A DNA stretch of 52,668 bases from an uncultured Solibacteraceae bacterium (GTDB lineage Bacteria; Acidobacteriota; Terriglobia; 20CM-2-55-15). Numbering within the stretch: position 1 is the stretch's first letter; each line of letters opens with the position of its first letter. Below the pieces are notes generated by a model. The model searched no databases. It was not told the DNA's origin and worked only from the letters and a program-made list of their open reading frames with translations. Shown piece after piece: positions 29,901 through 38,900 of the stretch. The position numbers and the translations under genes are program-made. The DNA lies in assembly GCA_964584435.1 (NCBI GenBank), contig CAZOZZ010000006.1:1-52668 (forward strand), written 5' to 3'.

Positions 29901-32900
29901 GCGCCCCATATTGATGTATTGGGCACCGCCCCCTGGAAAGAGAAAGGCCACAGAGGTGCCGGACCGCGCCGCGGCGGCGAACGAGTGAGGCGAATGTGTA
30001 TTGGCGAGCGCTCCGCTCGCATGGCTCACATCCGGTGAAACAACAATTCGGCGATGCTCAAACACGCGCCGTCCGGTTGCAAGCGTGTAGGCCACATCCC
30101 CCAGACCACTGTTCGGCCGCGCCGCGAGATGGTTCGATAGGTGCCCGGCGACCTCTTCCAGCTGATCGCCGGACGGCGCGGATAGCGGCAGCAATTGATA
30201 GGTCCTCGCGGCCACACCGACAGGACGGTACGGTGCCTCTTCCAGCACGGCATGGGCATTCGTGCCGCCAAGTCCGAACGAACTCACCGCCGCTCGACGG
30301 GGAGAGTCCGATGCGTCCCAATCCCGCAACTTGCAGTTGACAAAAAAAGGACTGTTCTTGAAATCGACTGCAGGGTTTGGAGAGACGAAGTTGAGGCTCG
30401 GTGGAATCTGTTTTCGATCGAGCGAAAGCACCGTTTTTATCAAACCTGCAACGCCTGCGGCGGCATCCAGATGGCCGATGTTTGTTTTGACAGAGCCAAT
30501 TGCACAATAACCAGTCCGTGCAGTCCCGGCACCGAAGACCCCGGTGAGGGCAGCAAGCTCGATGGGATCGCCCAGGCTCGTTCCCGTGCCATGGGCTTCG
30601 ACGAGGGAAATCGTGTCCGGGTCAACACCCGCCAGGCTCTGAGCATCGGCGATCGCGGCGGCCTGTCCTCCGACGCTCGGTGCCGTGTATCCGACTTTCG
30701 CCGATCCGTCGTTGCTGACCGCGATGCCTTTGATGACGGCCGCAATGTGATCCCCGTCGTGTAGGGCTTCGGACAGGCGCTTCAACACAACAATTCCGGC
30801 CCCGCTCCCGCTGACGGTTCCCCGCGCGCTGGCGTCGAAGGCGCGGCAATGGCCGTCCGGCGACAGGATGCCTCCTTCGTCATAAAGGTATCCTTCGACC
30901 TGGGGCACTTTCACCGATACTCCACCGGCCAGCGCAATGCTGCACTGGCTGTTGAGCAGCGCCTGACAGGCCAACTGCACGGCAACCATGGAGCTGGAGC
31001 ATGCGGTACCTACCGCGACGCCCGGACCTGTAAGATTGAGCTTGTAACACACCCGCGTCGCGATGAAATCTCGTTCGTTTCCGATCAGGACAGGATAGAC
31101 CCCGATCGACTCGATGAGATCCTGATTGCTATACAGGTTGTTCAGTAAGTACGAATTGAGACTCGCGCCGGCATACACTCCGATCCTGCCGTCATACTGT
31201 TCCGGCACATAGCCCGCATTCTCCAGGGCCTCCCAGGCACACTCGAGAAACAACCGGTGCTGGGGATCCATCACTGCGGCTTCGCGGTCGGGTATGCCGA
31301 AGAACTCGGCATCGAAGTATTCGATGGAATCCAACAAGGGCTTGCTCTTCACGTAGCGCGGGTTCCGAATCAGGGACTCGGATACGCCGGCAGCCAACAG
31401 CTCTTCATCACTCAAGTCCCGCACGGATTCGACGCCGTTTTTCAGATTGCTCCAGAACTCTTCAGTATTGCTCGCTCCGGGAAACCGCCCCGCCATGCCA
31501 ATGACCGCCACATCCATTGTCCGCGCCTCGAGCGGACGGACCTCGGCAGCGGTGACTATTGGGCCAGGCTGGCTCTCGTCGGTCTCCAGAAATTGCGCCA
31601 GCGCACCAATAGTCGGATAGGAAAACAGATCGACGAGAGCGATTTCGCGTTCATAAAGGATCTGCAGTTGACGATGGACCTCGATGAGCAACAGTGAATG
31701 GCCGCCCAGATCGAAAAAATTATCATCTGGACCGACATCACTGCGCCGGAGGACGCCACGCCATATTGCCGCAAGAGGCTCCTCCCGGGCGACAAGGTTC
31801 GCATGGGAAGAAGGCGGTGAACTGTCTGGAGAGGGCAACGTGGCGTAGTTCGTCTTTCCGTTGCCGGTCAACGGAACCGAAGGGATGTCGACGATCCGCG
31901 ATGGAACCATGTAATCCGGCAACGTGGCCTTCAAGTGCGCGCTCACCTCCCTTTTCCATTCTTCAGGCGCACCCGGCTCCAGCACCACGTAGGCCACGAT
32001 TCGCTTGTCGACGTCCCGAAGATCATCGGAAGGCTGCCAGAGGGTCACCACGGCCTCGCGGACAGCGGAAGACGAGGCAAGAGCACTTTGGACTTCGCCA
32101 AGCTCCACCCGATGTCCCCGAATCTGCACTTGCCTGTCGTTCCGGCCCACGTATTCGAGCGAGCCATCGGAAAGCCACCGGCCAAGATCACCCGTTCGAT
32201 AAAGCCGTTCGCCTGCTTCGAAGGGGCTACTGATAAATCGTTCCGCATTCAGATCGGGACGGTTCAGGTAACCCCGGCATACTCCCGTTCCTCCGACGAA
32301 CAATTCGCCCGTGACACCGACAGGCTGAAGATTCATCTCGTCATCGCAGACGTAAACGCGGGTTTCGGGAAGCGGTACACCTATCGGGCTGATTGACCCA
32401 CCGCCTTGTATGTGCTCCTGACAGAGTGGCCCGTACGTGACATGGACGGTCGTCTCGGTGATTCCGTACATGTTGATCAAACGCACCTGCTCCAGGGGAT
32501 ATATCGAGACCCAATCACGTAACTCCTCAGGAGAGAGGCGATCTCCACCGAAGATTACATAACGCAGGCTCTGCTCCAGATCGTGCTCGGAGACGCCCCG
32601 CTCGACTTCGATCATCCCGTAAAATGCCGCGGGAGTCTGATTGAGAACGGTGACTCGATGCTCTCGAATCAGTTCTCGAAGAGCAGCGGGGTTGCGGGCG
32701 GCGCTTCGAGACGCGATGACCGCTCGTCCGCCATAGAGAAGCGCACCGTACAATTCCCACACGGAAAAGTCGAACGCGAACGAGTGGGCAACAATCCAGG
32801 TGTCAGTCTCATTGAAATCGAACGGAAAATGCTCGTTCTTCATCAACCGGACAACATTCCGATGAGTGACGGCACACCCCTTTGGCTGCCCGGTCGAGCC

Positions 32901-35900
32901 CGACGTATAAATGACGTACGCCACATCATCGGACGACACGTGCGGGAGAACAGTGTCTTCACTCTCGGAGACTGTCGGGGAGATATCGAGGACTTCCCCG
33001 CCGAACAACCCGCGTAGCGACTCCAGGTGGGCGGTCTCGCTGAGAGCTAACGCCGCCCCGCAATCTTCCAGGATGAACCGGACTCTCGAAGCCGGATAAG
33101 AAGTATCGATCGGCACATACGCCGCGCCGGCTTTGAGAATCGCGAGAAACACGACCGGCATCTGCTCGGACCGCTCGATGAAGACGGCCACATAACGTTG
33201 ATTGGTCGGTTTACCGGCCAAGCGCACCGTCACCTGTCGTGCCAGGAGATCGGCACGCAAATTCAATTCATCGTAGCTGAGGCGGTTTTCCTCGAAAATC
33301 ACCGCATCGGAGCCAGCGCGCAATGCGGCCCGCTCTTCGAAGAGAGAAACAATCGTGCTGTCGCTCGGATAGTCGCTGTCTGTCCGATTGGCCGATTGGA
33401 TAATCTCGGACTCGGCAGGTGGAACAAATTCAATAGCACCGCATCGCTGGGAAGGATCTCGAACGACTTCATTCGCCGCGTGCTGCAACTGCCCCGTCAT
33501 TCTTCGGATCCGGGCCCGACTGAAGAGGGCTTCGCTGTACTCGATATAGCCTTCGATTGATCCGGCACGCTCCTCAAAAACAAAATTGAGATCAAACTTG
33601 CTTGTTTGCTTCGGATCCGTGAAGGGCAGGATCTCGAGACCCGGAAGACTCAGTTCGGAGCCCTCGACATTCTGTAACGTGATCGCAACCTCGAACAGAG
33701 GAGACCGGCTCACGTCTCGCACCAGGTCCAACTCCGACACAAGTAGATCGAACGGATAATCCTGGTGTGCATAAGCGTCGAGCGCAGTCTGTCTGACGGA
33801 CCCCAGAAGCCCCGAGAAGGTCATCTTGCCGTCCACGCGATCTCGCAACGGCAGCACGTTGACATAAAAGCCCACTTGGTTTTCCAGATCGGCGTGCTGC
33901 CGGCCGCTAACCGGACATCCGACCGTCAGGTCGCTTTGCCCGCTGAGACGGAACAGCAGGAACTTGACGATCGCGGACAGCGTCATATACAGGGTCGCGT
34001 TCGCCGATCGGCTCAACGCATGGAGTCCTGTCGCCAGCTCGGAGTCGTATTCGAAGTGTTCCCGGCCTCCAGAATAGGTCTTGACGGGGGGCCTCGGAAA
34101 ATCCGCAGGGAGATCCAGAACGGCGAGGGGACCGGCAAGCTTCGTGCGCCAGTAGTCGCGATCCGGTATGGTCTTCTCTTCATGAAGAAGAGCGGCCTGC
34201 CAGTGGGCATAGTCCTTGTAATGGATTCTAAGCGGCGAGAGTGCCGTCTGGTCGCCGCGCGCCCTCGCCTCATAGAAACGGGCGAACTCCCGAATCAAGA
34301 TTCCAAGACTCCACGCGTCCGAAACAATGTGATGCACATTGAAGCACAGGACCACCCGATCGTCCCCCACCTTCAGGAGGGCCACACGAAGCAACGGCCC
34401 TGCTTCCAGATCGAATTCGGCCTCTGTATCTGCAGCAGCCCACTCCAACGCGGACTGTGACGGATTCAGTTCGCTACGACAGTCCACGTGGTTGAGGGAA
34501 ACACTCAAATCGGCATGGATACGCTGCCAGAGACCTCCATCAACTGCCACAAAGGTCGTCCGTAAGGCCTCGTGCCGCCGAATCACGTCCGACAAAGCTT
34601 CCTCGAAGCAATGGACCCGCAGCTCGCCTTCCAGCAGAACCAACCTCTGCATGTTGTACGCTGTCGACGCTCCCAAACGAGCGAGCGTCCAGAGGCGGCG
34701 CTGGGCGTGCGACGCCAGATACAACTCGGCTACGGGAGCAGGCGTGATCGGAGTGGATCTCCTCGGCGTCGCCGCTCGAACCCAGTTGGAAAGGTCCCGG
34801 AGCCGTGGAAAGCGGAATAGCTCGCGCACACCGATGGGAATCCCGAACTCCCGGTCGATCCGGTTGGCCACTTGAATGGCTTTCAGGCTGTGTCCGCCAA
34901 GCAGAAAGAAATCGTCTCCCGCTCCGATAGGAGCACGGTTGAGGACCTCGGTCCACATGCCCGCAATCCTGCTTTCGACATCGTCCAACGGACCAACGAT
35001 CTCATTCGAACGATCATCCTTTGCTCCGAGCGCCTCAAGGGCGGCACGATCGATCTTCCCATTCCTCGTCAATGGAAGCGTTTCAACAATATGGATCCTT
35101 GAAGGAAGGAGGTATCTCGGCAGCCTCTCGGCCAAAAAAGCCTGGACCTGATGGACGGAAGCATCGGCTACGGCGAAAGCCACCAGTTCCGTCTCCGTGT
35201 CTTCATCGCGAACAACGACGGCGCACTGCCGCACCTCCGGATGCTCTTCGACCGCGGCCTCGACCTCCAGCGGATCGACCCGGAACCCCCGGACCTTGAC
35301 ATGGCTGGCGACGCGTGCAACGAACTCGACACTGCCATCCGCGCCATATCGGCCGAGATCACCGCTGCGATACATCCGATCTCTCACATTCGCCATCGGC
35401 TCGCAGTCCTGGAAACGATCCCGCGTGAGCTGCTCCGCGTCCAGATAACCTTCGCAAAGCAGAGGCGTGCGGATCCAGATCTCAGCCAACTCTCCGACGC
35501 CTGCAAGCCTTCGCTGTTCGTTTAACAACAGCAGTTGGACCGAGTCGATCGGATGGCCCAGAGGCACCGGGGCACCCGACAAACCGTCGTCCAGCTCAGG
35601 GGACCTCAATAGCCGCCACGCCATCGCCTGCGGTGTTTCCGTGGCGCCATAGAAATTAACAAAGGAGCATCCTGGCGCCCATGCGTGAAGACGCTGCGCG
35701 TCGCCGTAGAGCAAACGGTCGCCTCCGAAGAAGACGAAGCGCAGAGCAGACAGATCAGCCGCTGCCGCCTCCCGGGGGGGGATGATCTGCGCCAGGGGCG
35801 GCGTCAGGTGAGCAACCGTGATTCCCTCTTCTCTAAGCCAAGCCAGCAGGCGCTCTCCATTTCCCTTCGCGATTACGGGGGGAATATGGAGGGACGCGCC

Positions 35901-38900
35901 GATCGCGAGGGGTGTAAAGAGATCTCGCAATGCAGGGTCGTGTGCGATTCCCGAAAGAAGGCTGAAGTGGTCCTTGGCCTCCAGGCCGAAAGTGCGGGTG
36001 TGCCATTCCAGAAAATGGGTCACCGGACCGTGAGTTCCGACAACACCCAGAGGACCTCCCGTTGTGCCCGAAGTGAAGGCAACGTACGCGAATGCCTCTT
36101 CCGATACCGCCACCGGCAGGATCCCGTCGGGACACGGTTCAAGATTTGCGGTCACCTCTGCCGCTGAGGCGCCCTGCAGTTTCTCCAACACTACTTGGTT
36201 AGAAGCCAACGCCTCAAATTCATCGGTATTACCGGCCTCGTCCAACACGATAATTGCCGCGGGAGATGCTATTTCAGCAATCGACCAGAGTCTCTGCGGC
36301 AAGTTGTCCGAATCGAGAATCGAGAAAGCGCAGCCTGATTTCAGGACAGCCAACACCGCACAGACAAGCGATGCCGATGGCGCCGCATAGATGGCAACCG
36401 TCTCGCCCGACTGCACCCCGATCTGCCGAAGGCGATACGCGAGCCGGGTACTTGCTTCGTTCAGCTCGCCATAGCTCCACGATCCGCTCTCGCCGACAAC
36501 AGCTAAACGATCCGGATGCAGCACAGCCCGATTCATGAATAATTCATGAATCGCGCCGCATTGTTTGGCTTTGAGCGGGACACTCACATCCGGCAACGCC
36601 CGGTGGTCCTGCGGCCGAATCAAAGAATACTCGCCGATTGGGATTCGAGGGCTTTCCACGATCTGCTCGATCAACAGCGTCATGTGATCAAGAATGCGTT
36701 CGACCGATTCCGGTCGATAAAGACGCGCATTGTAGACCAACTCAAAGTGGATTCGGCCCATCTCGTGTTGCGCGTACAATGTGATATCGAAGCGATTGGG
36801 GAGCTCCTCGACCGCATACGGGCTGACTTCCAGGCCGGATAGTTCCAGGTCCGCTTTCCGCAAGTTGAGAACGTTGAGGAAGATCTGAAAGATCGGGTTG
36901 TACGCCAGGTCACGGGATGGCTGCAGCGCCTCGACGATTTTCTCGAATGGGAACTGTTGATTCGCAAACGCGCCAAGCGCAGTGTCGCGGACACGGGCAA
37001 GCAAGTTGAGAAACGATGGATTTCCACTGACATCAGTCCGCAGCGCAAGAGTATTCACGAAACAACCGATGACAGCTTCGAGCTCTTGCCGATCGCGGTT
37101 CGCGGTCGGCGTGCCGATGACAACGTCATTCTGGCCGGAATAACGGAATACCAGAAGTTTCAACACTGCGAGCAGGAACATGTAGAAAGTCACGCCCTCG
37201 CGCTTTGTCAGAGCCTGGACGGCTGGAGAAAGCTCCCGCGGGAGTGTTCGCTTCGCCATGCCGGCTTCCCACTCCACTCCGTTGAGACGCGGAAAGTCGG
37301 TTGGAATCACCGAGAGAGGTGGCGCACCCTCCAGCTTCGTCTTCCAATAGCCGAGCCCCTCATCAAAAGCTTCACCTGCCAGCCACTTCCGCTGCCACAC
37401 CGCATAGTCTGCGTATTGCAGTGCAAGCTCCGGCAAGGGCGACGGCCGTCCGTCGAGAATCGCCTCGTAGAGCGTTCCGAGCTCCTCAAAAAACACGCCG
37501 CGCGACCAGCCGTCCGTAATGATGTGGTGAATCGTCAGGAGCAGCACGTGCTCGCTCGCTCCAAGCCGGATCAATGCCACCCGCAAGAGCGGCCCCTCCG
37601 TCAAGTCGAACGGCTCACCGTTGATTCGTGTCGCGAAAGCCTGAATCTCTCCGGGCCAACTATCGGAGCTCACGTTCTCGAGATCACATTCCAACAACGG
37701 GAGTTCGAACGGCCCCCGAATGACCTGCCGTAGTTCACCGTCACGGCTGAAGAACGACGTCCGTAAGCTTTCATGCCGCCGGACCAGTTCGTTCAAACCG
37801 GCACGAAGGACGCCGATGTCCAATGCTCCACGCAATCGCAACGCGCCTTGCGCGTGATACGCCACGCTTCCGGGCTCCAGCTGATCGAGGAACCAGAGTC
37901 TCTGCTGAGAGAACGACACCGGCAGGTCCGACGCTCTTTCGACCCTGGGAATTTTCTCGCTCCGGTCGGGTTCATGTTTCGAGGGCGAGGCCACTTCGGA
38001 CGCGAGCCTCTCCAGCAAAGCCTGAGCTTCGGATGGCGCTATTCGAGTTTCATCGTACAGGGCCTGAATTCGCAGGGTCGCCGTATCGATAACGAGCCGG
38101 AAGGGCGCATCGACGTTTGGGTCTATGTATGACGCGGCATCGGGGTCCAAAGCGAAGGCGGTGCGACCAAGCGCGGGCCAGTCACCGGTCAGCGTGAGAG
38201 TGCTGTCAACAGTGCTGGAATCCGAACCCGTGTTCGCGAAGAGACCGAGGACGGATTCCGACCCGGCTACCGATGGAGGACGGCCCGGGATCACAAGCCC
38301 GAATGACGAATCTCCGGACACGGACGCCCAGAGGTCGCGGAACATACCCACGAGTCCCGATTTGTGTCGAAAGGCCTCGGTGCGCAGCACCTCTACGGAA
38401 GTATCTGGCAGGGTGACGTCGGTTCTACGGAAACCGCGCAAGCTGGAGGCAGCATGGTGTGGCTGAACGTGAGCCTCAATGTGTGACTTTGAAGCAAGAA
38501 GCACCTGTCTGTAGTGATTGACTGCACCTGTATCGACCGTACGTTCGGCAAACAGACGGTCGTAGCTCGAAATCAGGTTCCTTAAGAGAAGAAATACAGC
38601 CCATCGGTCCAGCAGCGCACGGTGATAGGTGACAACGAGCCGCATCGGGCCGGTTGGGGGCTGAAGCAGGCAGAAGCGGACCAATGGTGCTGTGCCGAGC
38701 TCAAACGGTTGTGAAGCATCCCGCTTCAGGAAATCCGGTAAAGCGGCGATGTCAGTTGAAACGATAGCCCCGAGGCTGACTCGCGAGACGATCTGAACCG
38801 GCGCCTCCTCCTCTTGACAGAGGAGAGAAGTTCGCAGAACTGCCTGAGTTCGAAAAAGATGCTCCACCGACTGACGCAGCAGAGCGATGTCTATCGCTCC

